DNA from: Alphaproteobacteria bacterium
GTDB taxonomy: Bacteria; Pseudomonadota; Alphaproteobacteria; Caedimonadales; UBA1908
Reading direction: 5' to 3'
DNA length: 64,000 bases
Assembly (NCBI GenBank): GCA_013911655.1
Contig: JACESU010000002.1
Coordinates: 330,112 to 394,111 of the forward strand
Made by a program: the position numbers and the translations under genes. Under the pieces are notes generated by a model. That model made no database searches and was not told the DNA's origin. It worked only from the letters and a program-made list of their open reading frames with translations. The first letter of the stretch is position 1. Every line of letters begins with the position of its first letter. Positions 1-9,160 of this stretch are shown piece after piece.

Positions 1-150
1 TGTGGATAATTATTATTGTAAAAACGAAAATGATGGGAAATAATACGGTCTCCAAATTGATACAAGAACAGTCCGTGCAGCAGTGAGAAAATCATGCCCT
101 GGATCTTGTCGCACAGGTAGATAAGGCAGTTATAGGAATTAATATCTAAG

Positions 151-188
151 ATAAAAAAGGGAAGCTCTTAGGCACTTCCCTTTTTTAT
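151..188. terminator. Bidirectional intrinsic terminator-like hairpin
   Basis: ATAAAAAAGGGAAG (151-164) and CTTCCCTTTTTTAT (175-188) form an inverted repeat with A/T tails. Confidence 0.7.
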
Positions 189-274
189 TTCTTTAATACG
201 CCATACGCAAATCTCGACGAAGTCTTATTGCTCTGTTACAAAAAGATGCGAATCGATTTGTGAGAGAGCATTAG

Positions 275-1060
275 ATGAAAATTTGGACGATAGATGCGTT
301 TACGAAGGACGCTTACCAAGGAAATCCGGCGGCGGTGATGGTGGTCGATGACTTTCCAAAGCACGCCCAAGCCATTGCGGCCGAGATGAATCTGTCGGAA
401 ACCGTTTTCTTGAAGCGCCTTCGTGGTAATCAGTACCACATTAGATGGTTTACCCCGGACGTCGAGGTGGACCTTTGTGGGCACGCAACCCTTGCCGGGT
501 GTCATGTGCTTTTTCATCATTTGAGAATTCCTTTTGAAGAAGTGCGTCTTCAATCGCTGTCGGGTGATCTTCTTGTGCAAAAAGAAGGCGCGGCGTTTTA
601 TACTTTGAATTTCCCCCGTCAAGATGTAAGTGATCTTCTTGATCCAACGCCTTTTAACGCGGTCTTTCCAAACGCCCGGCTTGAAGAAGTGCGCAAAGCT
701 CATGACGACATCATCGTGTTGTGCGCCCACGAGGATGAGGTGCGCGGGGCCCTTCCTGATTTTGTCGCCCTACATCACATCGAGGCGCGCGGTGTGATCC
801 TGACAGCGCCTGGGGAACACTACGATTTTGTCTCGCGGTTTTTTGCGCCCAAGGTCGGCGTGCCAGAAGATCCTGTGACGGGCTCTGCCCACTGTAAGCT
901 TGTGCCGTATTGGGCGGCGCGCCTTGGCAAAAACACCCTAACGGCCTATCAGGCAAGCAAACGAGGCGGGGTGCTAAGCCTGCGTCTTGAAGGAGACCGG
1001 GTCTTTATCACGGGAAGCGCCGTAACCGTCATGGAAGGCACGTGGCTTGCCCCTCTTTGA
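275..1060 (+). CDS. PhzF family isomerase/epimerase
   Basis: DAFT..GNPAAV, EMNLSET, EVDLCGHATLA and EDPVTGSAH are PhzF/YddE motifs. Confidence 0.92.
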   Translation: MKIWTIDAFTKDAYQGNPAAVMVVDDFPKHAQAIAAEMNLSETVFLKRLRGNQYHIRWFTPDVEVDLCGHATLAGCHVLFHHLRIPFEEVRLQSLSGDLLVQKEGAAFYTLNFPRQDVSDLLDPTPFNAVFPNARLEEVRKAHDDIIVLCAHEDEVRGALPDFVALHHIEARGVILTAPGEHYDFVSRFFAPKVGVPEDPVTGSAHCKLVPYWAARLGKNTLTAYQASKRGGVLSLRLEGDRVFITGSAVTVMEGTWLAPL

Positions 1061-1075
1061 TAAAAGGATCAACAT

Positions 1076-1891
1076 ATGGACATCATTGGGCACCGGGGTG
1101 CGCGTCACCTTTTTATGGAAAACACCTTAGACGGCCTCACGCGCGCCCTTGATCTTGGCGTGGATGGTCTTGAGATGGATCTTCACGGGACCAAAGACGG
1201 TGTGCTCGTTTTGCACCATGATTTTCACTTACGTAAAGACGCGACGTGGACCCGAGACGGTCGACCCTTAGAAGGGGGGCTTCCCCTTGTTTGTGAGCTA
1301 ACGTGGGAAGAGCTTGGAGCTTACCGCGTGGGGAAAAGCCCTGAGCACCTTCATCCTATTCCAAGCTTGACTCAGGTGCTGGCGATGCTTCAAGGGCGCC
1401 CTAAAAAATGTGCCCCCTTGTGTTTAGAGCTTAAAACAAATCCCTTGGCCCCCCACTATTCCCTTGTTCATTCACGTATTGTGGATCGCCTCTTTGAGGA
1501 TTTGGCCCTTTATGGGGCCTTTGAAGACGTGACCATTATGGCGTTCGAATGGCGTCTGTTTGAGTTAATCCGGCGTCAAAGCAAAGAAATCAGCGTGTGT
1601 TGTTCGACCCATGTGAATACGACTTTTGGTAAGGACCAAGAGCTGTGGCTTGGAAAAAGGGTGGAACATCTTGACTTTGTGAAGACCCTGCATGAGGTCT
1701 CGGGGACCAGGTGGGCGCCGTTTTACGGAGACCTAACCGAGGATCTTGTGGCGGAGGCAAAAGATCACGGCCTGAAGGTCACGCCCTGGACCGTCAACGA
1801 TGAGGCTGACATGAAAAGGATGCACGCTTGGGCGGTAGACGGTCTTATCACCGACAGGCCTGACGTGGCACTGCGTCTTTTTGGCCGTTAG
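1076..1891 (+). CDS. Glycerophosphodiester phosphodiesterase (GDPD; UgpQ/GlpQ-like)
   Basis: IGHRGA..ENT, E.D...TKDG..V..HD, WTVN and VDGLITD motifs. Confidence 0.92.
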   Translation: MDIIGHRGARHLFMENTLDGLTRALDLGVDGLEMDLHGTKDGVLVLHHDFHLRKDATWTRDGRPLEGGLPLVCELTWEELGAYRVGKSPEHLHPIPSLTQVLAMLQGRPKKCAPLCLELKTNPLAPHYSLVHSRIVDRLFEDLALYGAFEDVTIMAFEWRLFELIRRQSKEISVCCSTHVNTTFGKDQELWLGKRVEHLDFVKTLHEVSGTRWAPFYGDLTEDLVAEAKDHGLKVTPWTVNDEADMKRMHAWAVDGLITDRPDVALRLFGR

Positions 1892-2799
1892 CCGATAAGC
1901 AGCACCACGAGATAAAGCCATCCAAAAATCTGACTTTCTTTGAAGGTCCTGAGACAATCCGCGGGATCGTCAAGGTTGACCCGGTTTAAAGCGCGCATAA
2001 GAAGGGCCACTCCCACCAAAAGACCCGCATAATAAAGAGGGCCCCTTGGTGATAGCGTGCCAAGATAAACGCCAATCATCGCCATCAGGACAAGGGTCCC
2101 ATGAAGGACAGGTTTTGTGTTTGTCCCAAGCTTTAAGGCACTTGATTTAACCCCCACCATCAAGTCGTCTCGTTTGTCTTGATGGGCATAAACAGTATCA
2201 TAAAAGAAGGTCCAACAAATACCAAGCGCCCACAAAAGAAGTGCCGAAGGCTCGAGGGTTTGGCTGAGTGCTGCCATTGCCATCAAGCATCCCCAATTCA
2301 TGAGGAGGCCTAAGAAAAGTTGCGGCCAATAGGTAATGCGCTTCATCCAAGGATAGATGGCCACCAGGACAGCCGCCGTGATGCCGAGCACCCAACAAAA
2401 AGAATTTAAGAAAAGAAGCAAACAAAGCGACGCACTGAGGAGCACACAAAGGCACATCAGCGCGTGGAGAGGGCTGAGGGTTTTTGCCGCAAGAGGGCGA
2501 CCCTTTGTGCGAGAGACGGCAGCGTCAATGTCTCGGTCGGCAAGGTCATTGAGGACGCATCCAGCGCTTCGCATCAAAAAGGCACCAGCCATGAAAATAA
2601 GCCAGTAGACAGGGGGCACGTCATGGGCGCGTGCGCCGTAAGCTAGCCCCCAAAGGGCTGGCAGCATAATGAGAAGCGTCCCGATGGGTCGATCAAGGCG
2701 CATGAGGAGCAAATAAGGGCGAAAAGCAGTTGGAAAAAATGTGAGGAAACGAGAATTTTCTTGAATGTCTGTTGCCATTGGGTTGAATTCTTTTAACAT
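1888..2799 (-). CDS. ubiA: 4-hydroxybenzoate polyprenyltransferase
   Basis: RLDRPIG, NDLADRDID..V.RT..RPLA, YDTVYAHQDKRDD..GVKS; multiple TM segments. Confidence 0.95.
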   Translation of the reverse strand: MLKEFNPMATDIQENSRFLTFFPTAFRPYLLLMRLDRPIGTLLIMLPALWGLAYGARAHDVPPVYWLIFMAGAFLMRSAGCVLNDLADRDIDAAVSRTKGRPLAAKTLSPLHALMCLCVLLSASLCLLLFLNSFCWVLGITAAVLVAIYPWMKRITYWPQLFLGLLMNWGCLMAMAALSQTLEPSALLLWALGICWTFFYDTVYAHQDKRDDLMVGVKSSALKLGTNTKPVLHGTLVLMAMIGVYLGTLSPRGPLYYAGLLVGVALLMRALNRVNLDDPADCLRTFKESQIFGWLYLVVLLIG

Positions 2800-2828
2800 G
2801 ACGTGATCCCATCATACCGAGGAATAAG

Positions 2829-3551
2829 ATGAGTCGTAAAGAGCCCCGTTTGTACTTTCCCCACGATCTAAAACAAGGGGTCTCGCTCGCTCTTTCCCAT
2901 GACCAGACGCATTATCTCATGAACGTTATGCGCCTTGGGTCTGGTGATCATGTGCGCCTTTTTTGCGACGAGCATGGCGAGTGGCGCGCGAAGCTTGACG
3001 TTCAGGGAAAAAAGAAAGCAGGCGTTGTCGTGCTTGATCACTTAAGAGCCCCCCAAACACGGCCCTTTTTGGGACTTGCCTTTACGCCCTTGCGACCTCA
3101 TCGTCTCTCCTTTTTGGTGGAGAAGGCGGTAGAGCTTGGGGTGAGTGATCTTTTTCCTGTTTTGACAAAATATACAGCTGTGCGACACGTAAACGAAGAC
3201 AAGCTGCGTGCTGCCGCCATCGAGGCAGCTGAGCAGTGTGAACGTTTGGATGTGCCTACCCTCCATCCTTTACAAGACTTAGGACAGTTTTGTGGCAATC
3301 TGACACCTTCCCAACATCTTTATTTTTGTCACGAGCGGCAAGAAGGAGGGCTTCTTTGGGATCATGCAGGAAGCCCGCCAAAGTTTCCTCTGATTCTTGT
3401 GGGGCCCGAAGGCGGCTTTGACGCGCAAGAGGTGACGTTCTTAAAGGGACTGCCTGGGGTGACGTCTGTCAGCTTGGGTCAAGGCATCTTGCGCGCTGAA
3501 ACGGCGGCCCTGGCCGCGCTCAGCCTTTTTCACGGGGCGCCCCGCGCGTAA
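2829..3551 (+). CDS. rsmE: 16S rRNA m3U1498 methyltransferase
   Basis: HYL.NVMRL, EKAVELGV, EAAEQC, VGPEGGF, ILRAETA. Confidence 0.95.
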   Translation: MSRKEPRLYFPHDLKQGVSLALSHDQTHYLMNVMRLGSGDHVRLFCDEHGEWRAKLDVQGKKKAGVVVLDHLRAPQTRPFLGLAFTPLRPHRLSFLVEKAVELGVSDLFPVLTKYTAVRHVNEDKLRAAAIEAAEQCERLDVPTLHPLQDLGQFCGNLTPSQHLYFCHERQEGGLLWDHAGSPPKFPLILVGPEGGFDAQEVTFLKGLPGVTSVSLGQGILRAETAALAALSLFHGAPRA

Positions 3552-3632
3552 TCTTTTTCCTTTGCAGTAAGGATTTGTTTGTATCTGCCAGGTAGTGTAT
3601 GAACAATCTTCTAACCATTTTAAATTTTGACC

Positions 3633-4706
3633 ATGACAAGGAACGCCTCCGTGATATCCCGCATCCCTTCAACAAGCAACCCCTTTACCTGGGCTGTGGT
3701 GGGGGCGGGCCCTGCAGGCCTTGCTGTTGTGGGAAAGCTTTTGGACGGGGGCGCTGACCCCTTATCCATTTTGTGGATTGATCCTGCTTTTCAGGTTGGC
3801 GACCTTGGGACCAAGTGGCGCGTCGTTTCAGGCAACACCAAAGTGGGACTTTTTATAAAATTCCTTTATGCGTGTCGCAGTTTTGAGTACAAAACGTGTC
3901 CAAAGTCTTTTCTCATCAATCATTTGCCGGCAGACGGAACGTGTCTTTTGAAAGAAATTGCTGATCCCTTGCAGTGGATTAGCAATCATCTATGCCAAAA
4001 GGTTGCTGTGTGCCAAGGGACGGTGCGCGTGCTCACGCGGCAAGACGCGGGATGGCAGCTCACGACAGACGCGGGCGTGTTTATGGCCAAAAAAGTGATC
4101 CTTGCCACAGGAGCCGATCCCCGCGTGCCTGAGGGCGCACGAACGCCGCTGATGCCCTTGGAGGTCGCCATGGATTTTGAGCGGTTGAAAGAGGCTTGCA
4201 GCGCCTCTGACCGGATTGCTGTTTTTGGAAGCTCTCACTCAGCCATTGTCGCTCTTTACAACCTGGCGGCCCTCGGCATCGAAACCGTCAACGTTTACCG
4301 GTCCCCTTTAAAGTACGCGTCCTATTATGAAGACTGGATTTTGTATGATAACACGGGGCTTAAGGGATATTCGGCCACCTGGGCTAAAGAGCACATGGAA
4401 GACGCCCCCCTAAAGACCCTGATGCGCGTGCATCAAGACGATCCTGCGTGCGAGAAAATCCTGAGTGCTTGCACAAAGTACGTTTATGCCACCGGCTTTG
4501 AAAAACGGGTGATTTTTGAAACAAGTGCGCCGTTACCCTTGACCTATAACGATCAAACAGGCGAGATTGCGCCGCATCTTTATGGTTTGGGGATCGCCTT
4601 TCCCGAAGGAAAAACCGACAAGCTTGGGAACTTTGAGTACAGTGTGGGTCTTTGGAAATTCATGGCGTATTTAGAGCGTATCTTGCCGTTGTGGTTTGCC
4701 GCATAA
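3633..4706 (+). CDS. FAD/NAD(P)-dependent oxidoreductase (pyridine nucleotide-disulfide type)
   Basis: VVGAGPAG Rossmann motif, ILATG, second GSSHSA dinucleotide motif. Start uncertain (3627/3633/3651). Confidence 0.8.
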   Translation: MTRNASVISRIPSTSNPFTWAVVGAGPAGLAVVGKLLDGGADPLSILWIDPAFQVGDLGTKWRVVSGNTKVGLFIKFLYACRSFEYKTCPKSFLINHLPADGTCLLKEIADPLQWISNHLCQKVAVCQGTVRVLTRQDAGWQLTTDAGVFMAKKVILATGADPRVPEGARTPLMPLEVAMDFERLKEACSASDRIAVFGSSHSAIVALYNLAALGIETVNVYRSPLKYASYYEDWILYDNTGLKGYSATWAKEHMEDAPLKTLMRVHQDDPACEKILSACTKYVYATGFEKRVIFETSAPLPLTYNDQTGEIAPHLYGLGIAFPEGKTDKLGNFEYSVGLWKFMAYLERILPLWFAA

Positions 4707-4772
4707 AAAATCCCTTTGCTTGGAGCGTTGGATTTTCTAAAGTGAAGGCGTTCGTTTCGAAGAGTGCCACAC

Positions 4773-5204
4773 ATGTCGCTTGGATCCCTTTTTAAGCCTA
4801 CAGACGCACCGTCAACGCTGTCCCTTCCCGTGGTGCTAAGCCCTGTTAAGGCAGGCTTTCCCTCTATGGTCGAAGGCGAGCTTGAAGGGACGCTTGATCT
4901 ACATGAGCTTTTAATCACCCATCCGGCTGCGACCTTTTATGTGCGCGTGGAGGGGGACTCTATGGTCGGAGGAGGGATTTTTCCGGGTGATATGGTGATT
5001 GTGAACCGCGCCCTCGAGGCAAGAAATGGAGACCTGATTATCGCTGTCTTGGACGGAGAGCTTACCTTAAAAAGATTCATCAAACAGCAAAATCAGGTCT
5101 GTCTTCGGGCAGAAAATCCCGATTACCCCGACATTCAAGTGACCCCTGGCAAAGACTTTATGATTTGGGGTGTGGTGTCGGGGTGCGTTAAAAAATTCAG
5201 GTAG
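4773..5204 (+). CDS. umuD: DNA polymerase V subunit UmuD (S24 peptidase)
   Basis: AGFPS autocleavage site, catalytic Ser (GDSM) and Lys (TLKR); no N-terminal HTH; directly upstream of umuC. Confidence 0.9.
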   Translation: MSLGSLFKPTDAPSTLSLPVVLSPVKAGFPSMVEGELEGTLDLHELLITHPAATFYVRVEGDSMVGGGIFPGDMVIVNRALEARNGDLIIAVLDGELTLKRFIKQQNQVCLRAENPDYPDIQVTPGKDFMIWGVVSGCVKKFR

Positions 5205-5210
5205 ACGTCC

Positions 5211-6479
5211 ATGGAAATGGTGGCGCTTGTGGATTGTAATGCTTTTTTTTGTTCGTGCGAAAGGGTCTTTAAGCCTCATTTGTGGAATAAACCTGTGGTG
5301 GTGCTCTCTAGTAATGATGGCTGCCTCATTGCACTGAGCGCCGAGGCCAAGGCTCTAGGCCTTAAAATGGCAGTGCCCTATTTCAAAGTAAAACATCTCA
5401 TTGACAAACATAAGGTGCACGTCTTTTCCACCAATTATATGCTTTATGCCCATATGTCTGGGCGCGTGATGGCAACCCTCGAGACGCTTGTGCCGGCCCT
5501 TGAGGTCTATAGCATAGATGAAGCGTTTTTGGACTTTTCCCACGTGCCAGAAAGTAACCGCACAAAGGAAGCTAGACGCATCCAAGATATTGTGCTGCAG
5601 CACACCGGCATTCCTGTATCCATTGGCGTTGCCCCCACGAAGACTTTGGCCAAAGTCGCCAATAAGCTTGCTAAAACTCATCCCCAATGGAACGGGGTCT
5701 TGGATTTATCACGTCCCCAGGATATAGAGCGGTTTTTGCCCTTTGTCTGGTGTGAGGACGTTTGGGGGATTGGGCGTGCGTCCGCGCCAAAGCTTTCAAA
5801 ATATGGGATAAGAACAGCGGCAGACTTGGTGCAAGCTGACCCTTTTATGATCAAAAAGTTAATGGGGACTGTAGGGACACGTCTTGTCAATGAGTTAAAA
5901 GGAGAAAAGTCTTTTCCTCTCGAATTGGCGCCGCCTCCTGCCAAAAGTATCATTTGCTCTCGTTCCTTTGGGAGGCTGTTGTCCCAAAAGGAAGAAGTTA
6001 AACGTGCGCTTTTTTACCATGTAGCGAGGGGAGGTGCTAAGCTTCGGCGTAAGAAAAGACAGGCACGTCACTTGACCATTTATCTGCGAGGAAATCGTTT
6101 TTCACAAAAAGAGACTTATGTCAGCCGTAGGGCTGCTGTGCAATTGCCCCTTGCCACACACTATACGCCGACGCTTCTCGCGGCGGCTGATCATCTTTTT
6201 GAAAAAGTATGGCAAGAAGGCGCCCTTTATGCCAAAGCTGGTATGATGCTAACGGACCTCATACCAGAGGCGGCGCACCCCACAACACTTTTTGATCGTC
6301 GGCCCCATCAAAAAGAAAAGGCGTTGATGACAACCCTGGATACCCTTAATAAACGGTACGGGACGGGGACGCTGGGGTTTGCAAGCCAGCTTCAAAAAGA
6401 AAACTTGTGGCGCGCGAAAGAGGCGCTAAAAAGTCCTAATTATCTCACGCGCTGGGACGAGATTTTAACCGTTAGCTAG
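5211..6479 (+). CDS. umuC: Y-family DNA polymerase V subunit UmuC
   Basis: ALVDCNAFFCSCERVF, VVLSSNDGC, YSIDEAF, C-terminal SPNYLTRW. Confidence 0.93.
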   Translation: MEMVALVDCNAFFCSCERVFKPHLWNKPVVVLSSNDGCLIALSAEAKALGLKMAVPYFKVKHLIDKHKVHVFSTNYMLYAHMSGRVMATLETLVPALEVYSIDEAFLDFSHVPESNRTKEARRIQDIVLQHTGIPVSIGVAPTKTLAKVANKLAKTHPQWNGVLDLSRPQDIERFLPFVWCEDVWGIGRASAPKLSKYGIRTAADLVQADPFMIKKLMGTVGTRLVNELKGEKSFPLELAPPPAKSIICSRSFGRLLSQKEEVKRALFYHVARGGAKLRRKKRQARHLTIYLRGNRFSQKETYVSRRAAVQLPLATHYTPTLLAAADHLFEKVWQEGALYAKAGMMLTDLIPEAAHPTTLFDRRPHQKEKALMTTLDTLNKRYGTGTLGFASQLQKENLWRAKEALKSPNYLTRWDEILTVS

Positions 6480-6482
6480 ACG

Positions 6483-6508
6483 TCCCCATGGAATTTCTGC
6501 CATGGGGA
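6483..6508. terminator. Hairpin between convergent umuC and acs
   Basis: TCCCCATGG-N8-CCATGGGGA inverted repeat. Confidence 0.55.
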
Positions 6509-6513
6509 TAGGA

Positions 6514-8487
6514 CTAGTTCCCGGCAAGCTCTTTGGCCTGTTGATTGTATCCTTTGATCAGAACGTCCACCACCGACGGATCGGCGAGGGTTGAGATGTC
6601 TCCAAGGGTATCTGTTTCCTCGCACGCAATTTTACGCAAAATGCGCCGCATGATTTTGCCAGACCTTGTTTTGGGAAGCCCCACCGCCCACTGAATGCGA
6701 TCGGGCTTGGCAAAGGGACCTATTTTTGTGCGCACGATTTCTTCTAGTTCTTTGGTCAGAAGTACTGTGGGCGTGATCCCTTCGTGAAGGGTCACAAAAG
6801 CGTAAATGCCTTGCCCTTTGATCTCGTGGGGAAAACCCACAACCGCGCTTTCAGAAATGTCAGGGTGGGAATTGAGAGCCGTTTCGATCTCTGCAGTCCC
6901 TAGACGGTGCCCCGAGACATTAATCACATCATCAATACGTCCCGTAACCCAAATATCGCCGTCCGTGTCACGTCTGGCTCCGTCTCCGGTGGTGTAATAG
7001 CCTGGAAAAGTTTGAAAGTACGTTTTTAAAAACCTGACATGATCACCGTAAATGGTGCGCCCTTGGCCTGGCCAAGAGTCGGCAATCACAAGGCTTCCCT
7101 CTCCGGCGCCTTGGATTTCGTGACCATCCCTGTCCATAAGCGTGGGCCTCACGCCAAAGAACGGTTTTGTGGCAGATCCTGGTTTAAGGGGCGCGCACCC
7201 CGGCAAAGGCGTGATCAAAATGCCGCCCGTTTCTGTTTGCCACCAAGTGTCCATGATTTGGCAACGCTTGTCGCCCACGACGTCATAATACCAAAGCCAC
7301 GCTTGTTCGTTAATGGGCTCTCCCACAGAACCTAAAAGACGCAAAGACGTGCGTTTGGTTTTCTTCACAAACTCGTCTCCTTCGCGCATCAGGGCGCGAA
7401 GGGCGGTGGGGGCGGTGTAAAAAGTGGTGACATGGTGTTTATCCACCACCTGCCACATGCGGGAGTAGTCGGGATAGTGGGGTACCCCTTCAAACATCAG
7501 GGTGGTGGTGCCATTACAAAGGGGGCCGTAGACCACATAAGAATGCCCCGTGACCCATCCAACGTCGGCCGTGCACCAATAGACGTCACCGGGTCTTGCA
7601 TCAAAAATTAAATCATGGGTCATGGCGGCATACACAAGATAGCCGCCCGTGGTATGGAGCATTCCCTTGGGCTTTCCTGTTGAACCCGAGGTATAAAGAA
7701 TAAACAGAGGATCCTCGGCATTCATGGAAACAGGCGCACATGTGGGGGAGGCCAGATCACGCATGGGTCTATAGTGTTTGTCCCGGGGCTCGAACATGGG
7801 AATGTCTTTTCCTGTGCGCGAGACGACTAGGACGTGTTCCACAGGGTTTTGATCAAGAAGACTAATCGCGGCGTCCACATTGGCCTTTAAAGGGATGGGC
7901 TTGCCGCCACGCACACTTTCATCAGCTGTGACCACAAGACGTGAGGTGCAGTCTTCAATACGCCCTGCCAGGGCTTCGGCTGAAAAACCGCCAAACACCA
8001 CGGAATGGATAAGGCCCAGCCTGGTGCAAGCCAGCATAAAAATAGCGGTTTCGGGAATCATGGGAAGATAAAGGGTGACGCGGTCTCCTTTTTCAAGTCC
8101 CAGGCGCTTCATGACGTTCGCGCACCGGCATACCTCTTCGTAAAGCTCAGCATAAGTCAGCGTGCGGCTTTCCTCGGGGTTATCACCTTCCCACAAAATG
8201 GCGACTTGATCTGCGCATGTTTTCAGGTGGCGGTCCACACAGTTGACGCTGACGTTTAAATGGCCGTCCTCAAACCACTTAATGGTGTGATCCTCTAGAG
8301 AGTAGGAGGTGTTTTTGACCTTGGTGAAGGGCTTATCCCACGTGACATACTCGTGGGCACGTTTGGCCCAAAAACCGTTGGGATCAGCAAGGGATTCTTT
8401 ATACCACTCGGCGTAGGTTGTGTCTGAAATTTTGGCAGCCTCTTTTTGAGCTTGTGACGGCGGGAAAAGGGTCGGGGATGATGCCAT
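6514..8487 (-). CDS. acs: Acetyl-CoA synthetase
   Basis: [41 protein letters not shown]. Confidence 0.97.
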   Translation of the reverse strand: MASSPTLFPPSQAQKEAAKISDTTYAEWYKESLADPNGFWAKRAHEYVTWDKPFTKVKNTSYSLEDHTIKWFEDGHLNVSVNCVDRHLKTCADQVAILWEGDNPEESRTLTYAELYEEVCRCANVMKRLGLEKGDRVTLYLPMIPETAIFMLACTRLGLIHSVVFGGFSAEALAGRIEDCTSRLVVTADESVRGGKPIPLKANVDAAISLLDQNPVEHVLVVSRTGKDIPMFEPRDKHYRPMRDLASPTCAPVSMNAEDPLFILYTSGSTGKPKGMLHTTGGYLVYAAMTHDLIFDARPGDVYWCTADVGWVTGHSYVVYGPLCNGTTTLMFEGVPHYPDYSRMWQVVDKHHVTTFYTAPTALRALMREGDEFVKKTKRTSLRLLGSVGEPINEQAWLWYYDVVGDKRCQIMDTWWQTETGGILITPLPGCAPLKPGSATKPFFGVRPTLMDRDGHEIQGAGEGSLVIADSWPGQGRTIYGDHVRFLKTYFQTFPGYYTTGDGARRDTDGDIWVTGRIDDVINVSGHRLGTAEIETALNSHPDISESAVVGFPHEIKGQGIYAFVTLHEGITPTVLLTKELEEIVRTKIGPFAKPDRIQWAVGLPKTRSGKIMRRILRKIACEETDTLGDISTLADPSVVDVLIKGYNQQAKELAGN

Positions 8488-9160
8488 GAATGAGCCTCCT
8501 TATTTTTTAGCTTTTTTCGATGCTAGCACGTCTTGTTTAAAAAACGGTAGAGGGAGTTTTGTCGCATGTGATCCAGTCTAGTTTTTTGAAAAACCGTATT
8601 ATTTTTTTATTAGACAAAGCAAAGTAAAGTATTTCTTTTTTATTGTCAGTATTTTCTTGACTTTTTTATGTTTGATCTGTAAGTCAATTGCCAGTGAATC
8701 CTTACAAAAGCTCAAAGGATTTCTTTGTTACAAGTTGGTTACAAGAGAGTGCGTCTTGAAAGGCGCGAGTTAAGATGAGAGGAGGGCCCCAACGGGGCTG
8801 ATAAAAAGAAGAAATGTCTTCTGTAAATTTTTCAACCAGAATCCTCGATAAGCATGTTTCACAGTCTGTGCTTGCTTGCGGTAAGGCGTCATTTTTACTG
8901 TTTCAAGAAAATCTTGCGGAGCCTTTTTGTAAGGTTTCAAGGTTAATTTTTCTTTATGTCCCGCGTCCTTTTCTATGGGAACGCTTCTGTCTTTTGCGTA
9001 TCAGTGCGTGGTATGTGCAAAAAATCTTTTTAAAAAGAGACACAGTCTTTTTTCCAAAAAAAATCTTTTTATAAAGGCCTTCTGTCAGGAAATGAGCGTC
9101 CTTTTTTGCGGCGCTCAGAGCATAAATGATTTTTTAAGTATATGGAAAAAGGGAAAGATA

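Noticed and set aside
4773-5204. LexA repressor
   Set aside because: There is no N-terminal winged HTH; size and adjacency to umuC indicate UmuD
8814-9160. ORF 8814-9074 and the 62-aa N-terminal extension of ORF 8975
   Set aside because: These are Phe/Lys-rich translations of AT-rich intergenic DNA; the RBS and signal peptide point to ATG 9161
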